In this document: positions 54,701-61,592 of the stretch, in pieces | Layout of the letters: each line of letters starts with the position of its first letter | Position numbering within the stretch: the stretch's first letter is position 1 | NCBI RefSeq assembly: GCF_002113885.1 | Contig: NW_018405113.1 | Span: 3,026 to 67,025, forward strand | Origin: Mizuhopecten yessoensis | Lineage: Eukaryota | Direction: 5' to 3' | Length of the DNA: 64,000 bases | Program-made: the position numbers and the translations under genes | The notes under the pieces: generated by a model | What the model was told of the DNA's origin: nothing | What the model saw: the letters and a program-made list of their open reading frames with translations, nothing else | Databases searched by the model: none

Positions 54701-57700
54701 GAATTTAACCTTTCGCAAATTTTCATAAGATTTCAATGAGTTACATACAGTCAGGTTGTTTGAGCATAGAATTCAAATTTGAGAATGAGAGTGATTTAAT
54801 GAATACAGGCCGAGATGTTTTGATAAAAGATGGCTGAGCTAATGAAGCACATTGTGAAGCACAGATAAATGTGATCTTATGTATACATAATGTTTTCCAG
54901 GTCGTCTAACGTAAGAGTCAGTGACACAAGTTACTATGAGCTGAACCCCTCCAGTATAGTGGGTTCGTGTACAGATTCTGTTGTTTGTCTACACGACACC
55001 ACATCTACAGTACAAAATATTGGGGCATATTCAAAGAGAAAATTTTCTTTTGAAGGTAAGACAAAATCTTCTGTAGAAAAATAACTTTTTGAAATGTATA
55101 CTGCAACTTAGATAATCATTGAAAAATTATTGATCATCCGGAAAAGTTCAAAAATAATTTGGAAAGCTAAATGATAATCCTTAATGTTCACTAGTAAATG
55201 AAAATCAAGGAAGCTCATAATTAATAGCTCTGTATTTAATTACTAATTACTATTCCTGCTTATTTACTGCATTATTGTTGACCTGAACATATGTCTGGAG
55301 AGGCTTTGGTGAGAGTATCAATTTGACATGCTGTATACTAATCTTAAATGAACCAAAGGGCCAAGGTAGCTTACCTATGTAATGCCACATACAGCATCTG
55401 GAATCACCTATTCCTTAAATGGTGCAGCTTCCAAGGGAACAGGGGACATTGCTCCAGATGTGGTTATCAAATTTGACCTTTATTAGACTTCTTATTACCG
55501 TACATATCAATGAGGGGAATTTAACCAAATTTAGCCTGAAGCTTATCTTGGCCAGGGGGAATTAATCTTGTTCATTTATACCAGTTAATATTTAAAAGAT
55601 TACTTAATAAGCATGAGCAAAGGGATTTGGTCCTTTTTGACATGGATTATTCATATTAGAATTTGATTTTGTATAAAAGGAAGATCATGGTCGACCTGTG
55701 GATTAGATGGAAGGGTGGGGCCCCAATCTGAGAGCTTGGGTGGTGGTAAATCTTAAACAGACTACTTAAAGTTTCACATTCCAAGTGCTGCTGTTTGAAT
55801 TCTTTTCTTCTATAAACAAACTGAGATGGCCATCATGATCTCAAGTTAGCAGAAACGTTTCAACTAACTGTATAGCTCAGATAGCAAGACAAATGAGCAA
55901 TACACCAGCCCAATGAAAGTTAACTGTTTATAGATTTGTTCTCTCAAATTTCTATGCCCAAGCTTGTTTGTATATTTATGGCCCTTTATTTGAGATGTGG
56001 GTGCCCTATAGTAATCATGGTGTCTGTCTGTCTGTCGACATGGTCATATACTGTGGTCTGTAAATGCCTTATAGGGGTTTTAAATTTTATAAAGTCTAGG
56101 TTACTGTCAATTAGAATAGACCATTAGGGTACTGTCAGGCACATGGCGGGGCTCTAGCTGAACAGTTGGTGTTCTATTTATATAGACTAATATACACAAT
56201 GTTTTTACAGGGCCTGTATGTTTCAAACGGTCAGAAAAAGTGTTACATTTGAAGCAATCCTCTTACTGTTTAAAAACAAGGAAAGTGAAAAGAGGCTCAT
56301 AAAAGTCAGTGTTTTAGATAAATATAAGAAATGATATATATAAAAAAGGAGGAAAACAATTATAATTTAAGCAAAATGTTGTTGAATTAACTAGCCATTC
56401 CCCTTTCCTGAAAAAACATGTTCAGATTTTGAGTACCGGTAATTCTCTGTTCTACAGATGGAATGTTGGAAGCAGAGTATGAGTCCGATAAAATCTGTGT
56501 CCAGGACAGGAAGAAAAATGTCAAGGCCATTATAACATTCCACTGTAATGACCAAGAGGTACGACTTACATCGTTAACATTTATCATACCTGTCTACATC
56601 GTTACATCGTTTACATTTATCATACCTGTCTACATCGTTACATCGTTTACATTTATCATACCTGTCTACATCGTTACATCGTTTACATTTATTATACCTG
56701 TCTACATCGTTACATCGTTTACATTTATCATACCTGTCTACATCGTTACATCGTTTACATTTATCATACCTGTCTACATCGTTACATCGTTTACATTTAT
56801 CATACCTGTCTACATCGTTACATCGTTTACATTTATCATACCTGTCTACATCGTTACATCGTTTACATTTATCATACCTGTCTACATCGTTACATCGTTT
56901 ACATTTATCATACCTGTCTACATCGTTACATCGTTTACATTTATCATACCTGTCTACATCGTTACATCGTTTACATTTATCATACCTGTCTACATCGTTA
57001 CATCGTTTACATTTATCATACCTGTCTACATCGTTACATCGTTTACATTTATCATACCTGTCTACATCGTTACATCGTTTACATTTATCATACCTGTCTA
57101 CATCGTTACATCGTTTACATTTATCATACCTGTCTACATCGTTACATCGTTTACATTTATCATACCTGTCTACATCGTTACATCGTTTACATTTATCATA
57201 CCTGTCTACATCGTTACATCGTTTACATTTATCATACCTGTCTACATCGTTACATCGTTTACATTTATCATACCTGTCTACATCATTACATCGTTTACAT
57301 TTATCATACCTGTCTACATCGTTACATCGTGTACAGTTATCATACCTGTCTTCATCGTTACATCGTTTCCATTTATCAACCATGTCTACATCGTTACATC
57401 GGTTACATTTATCATACCTGTCTACAGCGTTACATCGTTTACATGTATCATACCTGTTTACATCGTTACATCGCTTACATTTATCATACCTGTCTACATC
57501 GTTACATCGTTTACATTTATCATACCTGTCTACAGTCAGTATAATACTGTCATCAGATGTATATATACCTAGACATCACATGGGTGGTTACCATGGTGAC
57601 TGACCAAAGGAGTTGTTGAAATTCCAGAATCACAGTGTTAGTATTGATGTAAGTTTGGGCCCTCCAATTTCCCCTGAAAGGTCCAGTATAATCTTTTACT

Positions 57701-60700
57701 GAATTAAAGTAACAGAATTTATTAAGCTTGTGTGTAATTGCCCTCTTTTAATTTGTTGAAACCTTGCTCACAACTGTTATACATGTGCAATTTTATCCTA
57801 CACGAAACTACAATAATTTTCTGTTATCAATTAATACATACAAATTACAACACAGAAGTGACTTAATGTGTAACATTATAAGAACTATCTGAGATTTCTG
57901 AACATCATTAATGAATTAATAATATTTGTTGATGATTTTCACTTTTGTCTTGGTATCTAGGGAAGTTTCTCATCCCTTGAGAAAATATTCATTTCTGCCT
58001 TGGTGAAAGGTTTTTTTACAGGTTTGTAAATTCTTGTCAACCTCATAAAAGGTCAGTAACTAAATGCTAACACTGTTGTGTCCTTAATCCACAGAATTCC
58101 CCAATACTGTTGTCACGATCCAAAGATTGTGTCCACATGTTCCTGTGGGAAACTCCGGTTGCCTGTCTCCATCCTAAAGTGTGAGTATATAACAACATGA
58201 CAAAATAACTACACGATTATACAGGTTCTTTCTTTGTTCATGTACAGTGTATTTCTATATTTCATATAAGTGTCAACACAAGGTGTATTCTCTTAATGTG
58301 AGTAGTGTACATGGGTTGTACTCTCCATGTGGAAACAATGAGTTGCTGAAACCTTTTAATTGTTTTGTGTTCTAGATAAAGTCCCCGGTGATTTATAACA
58401 CTGTTATTTGTTCTCTCGACTAGATAAAGTCCCCGGTGAATTATAACACTGTTATTTGTTCTCTCGACTAGATAAAGTCCCCGGTGAATTATAACACTGT
58501 TATTTGTTCTCTCGACTAGATAAAGTCCCCAGTGAATTATAACACTGTTATTTGTTCTTTCGACTAGATAAAGTCTCGGTGAATTATAACACTGTTATTT
58601 GTTCTCTCGACTAGATAAAGTCTCCAGTGAATTATAACATTGTTATTTGTACTCTTGACTAGATAAAGTCCCTTGTGAGTTATAGCACTGTTATTTGTTC
58701 TCTCGACTAGATAAAGTCTCCAGTGAATTATAACACTGTTATTTGTTCTCTCGACTAGATAAAGCCCCCGGTGAATTATAACACTGTTATTTGTTTTCTC
58801 GACTAGATAAAGTCCCCAATGAATTATAACATTGTTATTTGTTCTCTCGACTAGATAAAACCCCTGGTGAATTATTACACTGTTATTTGTACTCTTGACT
58901 AGATAAAGTCCCCGGTGAATTATAACACTGTTATTTGTACTCTTGACTAGATAAAGTCCCCGGTGAATTATAACATTGTTATTTGTTCTCTCGACTAGAT
59001 GAAGTCCCCGGTGAATTATAACACTGTTATTTGTTCTCTCGACTAGATAAAGTCCCCGGTGAATTATAACACTGGTATTTGTTCTCTCGACTAGATAAAG
59101 CCCCTGGTAAATTATAACACTGTTATTTGTTCTCTCAACTAGAAAGGTGTGCTGTCGCAGGTAATGTTACAGTTTTGTTACGTTGCTCTGCTTCTTAGAC
59201 CACAGGTGTTTATGTTGTTGTTCTGATTTCCCAGAGTGATTGATGCGCCCATAGACAGTTCCAAAGCAAATGCAGCTGCTGCAGCCGCCAGTAAGGGGAA
59301 GACGATCGGTACAGTGATGGCGGTGTTTAGTAGCGCCATCCTCGTGTGTGTGCTCCTCATTGTATTCCACAAGAAAGAGCGCAGGTAAGACTAGTGTGTA
59401 CTTGGTTAAGACTAGTCTGTTCTTTGGTAAGACTTAAGCGAGCTCATATAAGACCAAAATGTGCTCAGTTAAGACTAATATTGTACAATGTACTAAGACT
59501 GTAGTAAGACTAGAATGTACTCATTTAAGACTAAAGTGAGCTCAGAAAAAACCAGAATGTGCTCAAGTAAGACTAGAGTGTACTCGGCTAAGACTAGAGT
59601 GTACTCGGCTAAGACTAAAGTGTACTCATGTAAGACTAAAGTGAGCTCAGAAAAGACCAGAATGTGCTCAAGTAAGACTAGAGCGTGCTCAGCTAAGACT
59701 AGAGTGTACTCAGCTAAGACTAAAGAGTACTCATGTAAGACTAAAGTGAGCTCAGAAAAGACCAGAATGTGCTCAAATAAGACTAGAGTGTGCTCAGCTA
59801 AGAACAAATTCTGTTCAGGTAAAGCTTTCTGTCCACAGGTATTAGCCTCCTCTGTCAATACACTTATATTATAGGTGTATTGACAGGCGAGGCTAGTACC
59901 TGTGTTCTGTCATTTAAATTTAGAAGCATAAGTTATAAACATACAATCTTCAGATAGAAATGGAGTTAAAGTCTTGAATACCTATAACTAAATTTTCTAT
60001 TTGGTTTGTAGAAACAATTTATTTGGAAAAACTGCATCTCAATTAATTGAATTTTGGAGACATCAATTTCAATCGATACGACTAATATATATCCTATTTA
60101 TCCATGTTTTACAGAGACTCCTGCCTTCTGAAGCTCCGTTCTGTGGTGAAGAAGGATACAGAGTACAGATATTCTATGGTAGGACTTCAGAGCACAGACA
60201 TATGTATAACAGGGGTTGAGAGCGGGCTGTTGAGAGGGGGATGCTTAGAGTGGGTCTCAAGGGGTTGTGTCAATAGTTGGTTGAGAGAGCCATTTTGAGA
60301 GTGGGTTGTTGAGATTGGGGTGTCATGGGGTTGGGTTAATAAGAGAGTTATTTTGAGCGAGGGTTGTTGAGATTGGGGTGTCATGGGTTGGGTTAATGAG
60401 AGAGTTATTTTGAGCGAGGGTTGTTGAGATCGGGGTGTCATGGGTTGGGTTAATAGTGGGTTAATGAGAGAGTTATTTTGAGCGTGGGTTGTTGAGATTT
60501 GTGTGTCATGGGGTTGGGTTAATAGTGGGTTGAGGAAAAAATAATTTTGAGAATGGGTTGTTGAGATTGGAGTGTCATGAGGGTTGGGTTAATACTTAAT
60601 AGTGGCCATGGGTTTAGGAGAGAGACATTTTGAGAGTGTGTTGTTTGGGTGTCATGAGTGATGGGTTAATAGTTGGTTGATTGGGTTGTCAAACGTTTGT

Positions 60701-61184
60701 GGGTTGTCAAGGAGTTGTGAATGGTTTCTGGAGAAGGAAGAGTTGAGACTGGGTTTCAAGGGGAATGCTGAGAAATAGTTTATGAATGGGGAAAATTTTA
60801 AGAATTGTCAAAAGGTTTGTGGTGACAGTGGTGAGATTTCAAGAGATAAGCTGATAAGAAGGGTTGTCAAGAATAATGTTTCAACCCGGAAAAGGGACAT
60901 TAACAAAGCACATTTGTTTCAGCCATTAATCTGAAGTATTTTTTATGAAGATTTGTATTTTCATTCAGTCTATAAATGTTAAAAGATTTTGTAATCAGTA
61001 CTCTGATTTTGTTCGACTTCAGTTGCCTGATGCTATTGGAAATGAGGAATATGAAGACATTTTAGGAGCAGCTAACAATACAGCGGAGCCAGACGAACCC
61101 AGGGAGGTGAACACCAATTCAATTGAGAGTGAACCAAAAGTGGAGAGTTACCATGATGACAGTGATGTAGACCTTCTGGAGTGA
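15550..61184 (+). CDS. IGF2R: Cation-independent mannose-6-phosphate receptor (CI-MPR/IGF2R-like), whole gene, 42 coding exons, ~2413 aa
   Basis: 15 successive MRH repeats (C-x-x-x-D...YDLSPL...INVC...W-x-T-x-x-AC), N-terminal signal peptide, TM helix IGTVMAVFSSAILVCVLLIVF, tail with YRYSML and terminal DDSDVDLLE. Exon lengths sum to 7242 nt and all 41 intron phases match. Confidence 0.96.
16134..16652. mobile_element. Non-autonomous Mutator-like element
   Basis: Reiterated gtcgtttcggtac at left, gtaccgaaacgac at right; perfect 9-bp TSD ttcacgctc (16125-16133, 16653-16661). Confidence 0.8.
17270..17925. mobile_element. Second related Mutator-like element with a different interior
   Basis: gtcgtttcgg / ccgaaacgac subterminal repeats; TSD ctgcaaat (17262-17269, 17926-17933). 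Confidence 0.78.
18345..18630 (+). CDS. IGF2R: CI-MPR exon 2
   Basis: acag|G TTT AAT CCC TGG...YQISLC...ITFQCSLNV|gtaaga. Confidence 0.92.
19030..19294 (+). CDS. IGF2R: CI-MPR exon 3
   Basis: GLGSPEF...WRTNVVC...EVPCYVYD...FYINVC; donor gtaaga. Confidence 0.93.
19822..20039 (+). CDS. IGF2R: CI-MPR exon 4
   Basis: CPPGAGACQ...SIEFRCP; donor gtacga. Confidence 0.92.
20704..20866 (+). CDS. IGF2R: CI-MPR exon 5 (probable GC donor)
   Basis: GKDPV...WETEHAC...IDLSPL; phase-1 donor G|gcaagt. Confidence 0.85.
21867..22068 (+). CDS. IGF2R: CI-MPR exon 6 (tandem tagcag acceptor; 21864 is an alternative start)
   Basis: YYLNVCG...VAACQTK...QRLR; donor gtaatt. Confidence 0.9.
22257..22347. mobile_element. 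TTAA-flanked MITE family B, copy 1
   Basis: ttaa ctcattcacccctgaa...ttcagggattgatgag ttaa; matches 40732-40822. Confidence 0.8.
22409..22499. mobile_element. piggyBac-like MITE family A, copy 1
   Basis: TTAA CCCTTTCACC...GGTGAAAGGG TTAA, 83-bp body. Confidence 0.85.
22911..23014 (+). CDS. IGF2R: CI-MPR exon 7
   Basis: RYADGDLTLTYRGGDICHKNNPRTTIINFKCDPNT; not in ORF track. Confidence 0.93.
23360..24007. repeat. Degenerate 22-bp minisatellite ending in the exon 8 acceptor
   Basis: Unit gatgttgtgttaccctgttgta (ttaccctg at 23663 and 23685). Confidence 0.9.
24003..24182 (+). CDS. IGF2R: CI-MPR exon 8
   Basis: GKGYPTFVKEVNDSCIYMFDWATKYAC...YDLSPL. Confidence 0.92.
24674..24805 (+). CDS. IGF2R: CI-MPR exon 9
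   Basis: TDWEVL...QFYLNVCNDL...SCHPDASVCLI. Confidence 0.92.
25151..25438 (+). CDS. IGF2R: CI-MPR exon 10
   Basis: HNLGSF...ITYGNGEPC...CKPGDLESGPVL...FEWHTSAAC. Confidence 0.94.
25656..25824 (+). CDS. IGF2R: CI-MPR exon 11
   Basis: GFNFDLSPL...YHINVC...AGVCQTK; donor gtaagt. Confidence 0.93.
25806..27780. repeat. 47-bp minisatellite (about 40 copies visible) built on the exon 11 end and donor
   Basis: Unit agagtgtattaaacaaagaggtaagtcatgtgacaccttctgaagct; period 47 (25853, 25900); gap n at 25852. Confidence 0.95.
27996..28289 (+). CDS. IGF2R: CI-MPR exon 12
   Basis: LEYYDGMINLTY...PRKTEIVFLCD...FEWYTAYAC...QYDLS. Confidence 0.94.
28866..28956. mobile_element. piggyBac-like MITE family A, copy 2 (inverted)
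   Basis: Same TIRs and reverse-complement interior. Confidence 0.85.
29574..29742 (+). CDS. IGF2R: CI-MPR exon 13
   Basis: DNWELL...KYYINVCRPL...SACR. Confidence 0.93.
30187..30360 (+). CDS. IGF2R: CI-MPR exon 14
   Basis: DLGSVVSPPVVE...SIHFICSRG; donor gtgagt. Confidence 0.93.
30963..31228. mobile_element. MITE with ~35-bp TIRs
   Basis: gtatttatgaaaccgttctcatgctcaag...cttgagcatgagaacggtttcatgaatac. Confidence 0.8.
31261..31473 (+). CDS. IGF2R: CI-MPR exon 15
   Basis: NCDYVYMWATEAACP...NCSVKD...VFNLGLL. Confidence 0.93.
31795..32138 (+). mobile_element. Degenerate HINE/Helentron-like element
   Basis: T-run start, (gtct)n microsatellite, caaggtcaaggtca core, gggggtatt...ttctagtt end. Confidence 0.6.
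32717..32897 (+). CDS. IGF2R: CI-MPR exon 16
   Basis: INICG...LDYDDDGKLMLKYEG. Confidence 0.92.
33219..33524 (+). CDS. IGF2R: CI-MPR exon 17
   Basis: VLFLC...FETSLAC...RFDLSPL...YHINVCRPI. Confidence 0.93.
33935..34128 (+). CDS. IGF2R: CI-MPR exon 18
   Basis: GPIGGC...FNMG...LHYRNGDIC...STRILFSC. Confidence 0.93.
34925..35220 (+). mobile_element. 5'-truncated CR1-clade LINE, 3' end
   Basis: Translates LRKYAFKERVVNHWNSLPNHVVTSPTLKTFEARLDKHW (ORF2 C-terminus), then a 3' hairpin and (tatta)n tail. Confidence 0.88.
35402..35485 (+). CDS. IGF2R: CI-MPR exon 19
   Basis: RNPTFMGKTDSCEYLFSWQTPFACPMKK; phase 0/0. Confidence 0.92.
35907..35997. mobile_element. piggyBac-like MITE family A, copy 3
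   Basis: TTAA-CCCTTTCACC ends, same interior. Confidence 0.85.
37242..37464 (+). CDS. IGF2R: CI-MPR exon 20
   Basis: GSDCKVQDP...FDLNPL...LNVCGPL...GICQTK. Confidence 0.93.
37705..38073 (+). CDS. IGF2R: CI-MPR exon 21
   Basis: CHGKYNRSTIITFLC...KEESDCTYMFEWKTSLACPP...INVCRSL. Confidence 0.94.
38515..38793 (-). mobile_element. tRNA-derived V-domain SINE
   Basis: Minus strand: ggtgcagtgg A box, ggttcgattcc B box, cgtgggttttctccgggtactccggttttctcccac core; TSD tgagcctt (38507-38514, 38794-38801). Confidence 0.88.
39064..39130 (+). CDS. IGF2R: CI-MPR exon 22
   Basis: QTCPYNAAVCMVDL; phases 1/2. Confidence 0.9.
39246..39390 (+). CDS. IGF2R: CI-MPR exon 23
   Basis: FHNLGE...LHYTNGEQC...TRIIMYCD. 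Confidence 0.92.
39597..39989 (+). mobile_element. ~390-bp non-autonomous DNA transposon, copy 1
   Basis: TIR gggtacattcgcgtatccggttgaaacggt...accgtttcaaccgggatacacgaatgtagccc. Confidence 0.88.
40387..40525 (+). CDS. IGF2R: CI-MPR exon 24
   Basis: NNCEHEFTWSTQAACP...NCTARNPVT. Confidence 0.9.
40732..40822. mobile_element. TTAA-flanked MITE family B, copy 2
   Basis: 16-bp TIR ctcattcacccctgaa / ttcaggggtgaatgag with TTAA both sides. Confidence 0.85.
41321..41446 (+). CDS. IGF2R: CI-MPR exon 25 (domain 11, 5' part)
   Basis: HVFDLSSL...FKLNVCG; donor gtgagt. Confidence 0.92.
41748..41980. repeat. ~90-bp tandem repeat, about 2.6 copies
   Basis: ttttgctatggtcagtgttatca at 41751, 41844, 41931. 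Confidence 0.85.
42098..42363 (+). CDS. IGF2R: CI-MPR exon 26 (domain 11, 3' part)
   Basis: VGACQ...YKRTTIINFVC...DESDDCTYYLSWHTSLAC; aag acceptor. Confidence 0.93.
43045..43251 (+). CDS. IGF2R: CI-MPR exon 27
   Basis: KCSV...IDLSPL...YYINICRPL...CPPQASAC. Confidence 0.93.
44093..44242 (+). CDS. IGF2R: CI-MPR exon 28
   Basis: SLGKVTGPPVL...LIYEGGDVC...TKIVFVCNPG. Confidence 0.92.
45478..45663 (+). CDS. IGF2R: CI-MPR exon 29
   Basis: SGPVLQEVSDCQYVFVWDTSVVC...DCSYKD...YNL; frame differs from the track ORF. Confidence 0.9.
46332..46527 (+). CDS. IGF2R: CI-MPR exon 30
   Basis: YSINVCD...AGVCR...LTYTQGDTC. Confidence 0.92.
47083..47159 (+). CDS. IGF2R: CI-MPR exon 31
   Basis: NRKRESVITFDCDTSGKVGQPKY; donor gtaagt. 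Confidence 0.92.
47722..49229. repeat. Almost perfect 75-bp minisatellite (20 units) built on the exon 32 acceptor
   Basis: gccggtcagtgtca recurs every 75 bp from 47791 to 49216. Confidence 0.97.
49216..49373 (+). CDS. IGF2R: CI-MPR exon 32
   Basis: AGQCQALFYWRTCVVCP...SYDLSML...GWNL; its acceptor is the last unit of the 75-bp array. Confidence 0.92.
49847..49992 (+). CDS. IGF2R: CI-MPR exon 33
   Basis: YWINICQ...ECPHMVAAWRQ...DRLGLISTQKL. Confidence 0.9.
50409..50793 (-). mobile_element. ~390-bp non-autonomous DNA transposon, copy 2 (inverted)
   Basis: Full-length reverse complement of 39597-39989. Confidence 0.88.
51329..51473 (+). CDS. IGF2R: CI-MPR exon 34
   Basis: LILQYFQGDTAC...TLIKFVCGNTVGGPVF. 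Confidence 0.92.
51768..51858. mobile_element. piggyBac-like MITE family A, copy 4 (inverted)
   Basis: TTAA-CCCTTTCACC ends. Confidence 0.85.
52431..52521. mobile_element. piggyBac-like MITE family A, copy 5
   Basis: Slightly diverged ends, same interior. Confidence 0.8.
52707..52772 (+). CDS. IGF2R: CI-MPR exon 35
   Basis: DNQGECVFEFHWKSKVAC. Confidence 0.92.
52880..54136 (+). mobile_element. TRIM (miniature LTR retroelement) with tRNA-like LTRs, Helenus-type
   Basis: TGTAG...TTACA LTRs (52880-53919 interrupted; 54008-54136 intact, 129 bp), PBS tggcgcccaac 53922-53932, PPT aaaggagagaggaa 53994-54007, TSD atac. Confidence 0.9.
52992..53905 (+). mobile_element. Non-autonomous Helentron/HINE with about five ~147-bp internal monomers, nested in the 5' LTR
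   Basis: ttagctcacctg ... caggtgagcga subterminal IRs, 3' hairpin aggcccattgggcct, TT target. Confidence 0.9.
54216..54290 (+). CDS. IGF2R: CI-MPR exon 36
   Basis: DGAVKDPETGGVINLNKL; donor gtaagt. Confidence 0.88.
54901..55055 (+). CDS. IGF2R: CI-MPR exon 37
   Basis: YYELNP...SCTDSVVCL...QNIG. Confidence 0.9.
56458..56558 (+). CDS. IGF2R: CI-MPR exon 38
   Basis: GMLEAEYESDKIC...KAIITFHCNDQE. Confidence 0.91.
56566..57534. repeat. 36-bp minisatellite (~27 copies) starting 7 nt after the exon 38 donor
   Basis: Unit catcgtttacatttatcatacctgtctacatcgtta. Confidence 0.96.
58095..58180 (+). CDS. IGF2R: CI-MPR exon 39 (end of domain 15)
   Basis: NSPILL...DCVHMFLWETPVAC; donor gtgagt, phase 2. 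Confidence 0.92.
58372..59143. repeat. 48-bp minisatellite (16 units)
   Basis: Unit ctagataaagtccccggtgaattataacactgttatttgttctctcga; ctag at 58372, 58420, 58468...59139. Confidence 0.95.
59235..59384 (+). CDS. IGF2R: CI-MPR exon 40 (transmembrane)
   Basis: KGKTIGTVMAVFSSAILVCVLLIVFHKKERR. Confidence 0.92.
59385..59805. repeat. 21-bp minisatellite beginning at the TM-exon donor
   Basis: Unit taagactagagtgtactcggc; the first copy is the donor gtaagactagtgtgtacttg. Confidence 0.9.
60115..60178 (+). CDS. IGF2R: CI-MPR exon 41 (cytoplasmic, Tyr motif)
   Basis: DSCLLKLRSVVKKDTEYRYSM. Confidence 0.9.
60211..60760. repeat. Degenerate G/T-rich ~55-70-bp repeat in the last intron
   Basis: gagagttattttgagcgagggttgttgagattggggtgtcatgggttgggttaat repeated. 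Confidence 0.8.
61023..61184 (+). CDS. IGF2R: CI-MPR exon 42 (acidic dileucine, stop)
   Basis: LPDAIGNEEYEDIL...YHDDSDVDLLE*. Confidence 0.93.
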   Translation: MPDAIGNEEYEDILGAANNTAEPDEPREVNTNSIESEPKVESYHDDSDVDLLE

Positions 61185-61199
61185 AGTTGGACATTGCTT

Positions 61200-61592
61200 G
61201 GCTTTCTGTGATAGATTAAAGAGAGGCCAGAACTCTCTTTTGTGATAGGTCGTTCAGAGGTCTGAATTGTTTGTGGTGATGAAATTAGACAGAGGTCTTA
61301 ACTCTGTGTGGTGATAAAATCATACAGAGGTCTTAACTCTGTGTGGTGATAGGTCATTCAGAGGTCTGAACTCTGTGTGGTGATATGTCATACAGAGGTC
61401 TTAACTCTGTGTGGTGATATGTCATTCAGAGGTCTGAACTCTGTGTGGTGATAAAATCATACAGAGGTCTGAACTCTGTGTGGTGATAAATCACATTGAA
61501 ATCTGAACTCTGTGTGGTGATGAAATTAGACAGAGGTCTGAACTTTGTGTGGTGATGAAATCATACAGAGGTCTGAACTCTGTGTTGTGATA
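61200..61592. repeat. 35-bp tandem repeat (~10 copies) at the start of the 3' UTR
   Basis: acagaggtctgaactctgtgtggtgataaaatcat. Confidence 0.88.

Noticed and set aside
56574-57383. 269-aa minus-strand CxxC-repeat ORF
   Set aside because: It is just the translation of the 36-bp minisatellite, with no unique flanking coding sequence.
59493-59874. Overlapping 121-aa and 119-aa heptad-like ORFs
   Set aside because: Products of the 21-bp repeat.
15550-61184. Reading the locus as several tandem MRH-domain genes
   Set aside because: All exons join in phase into one 15-domain protein with a single signal peptide and a single TM helix.
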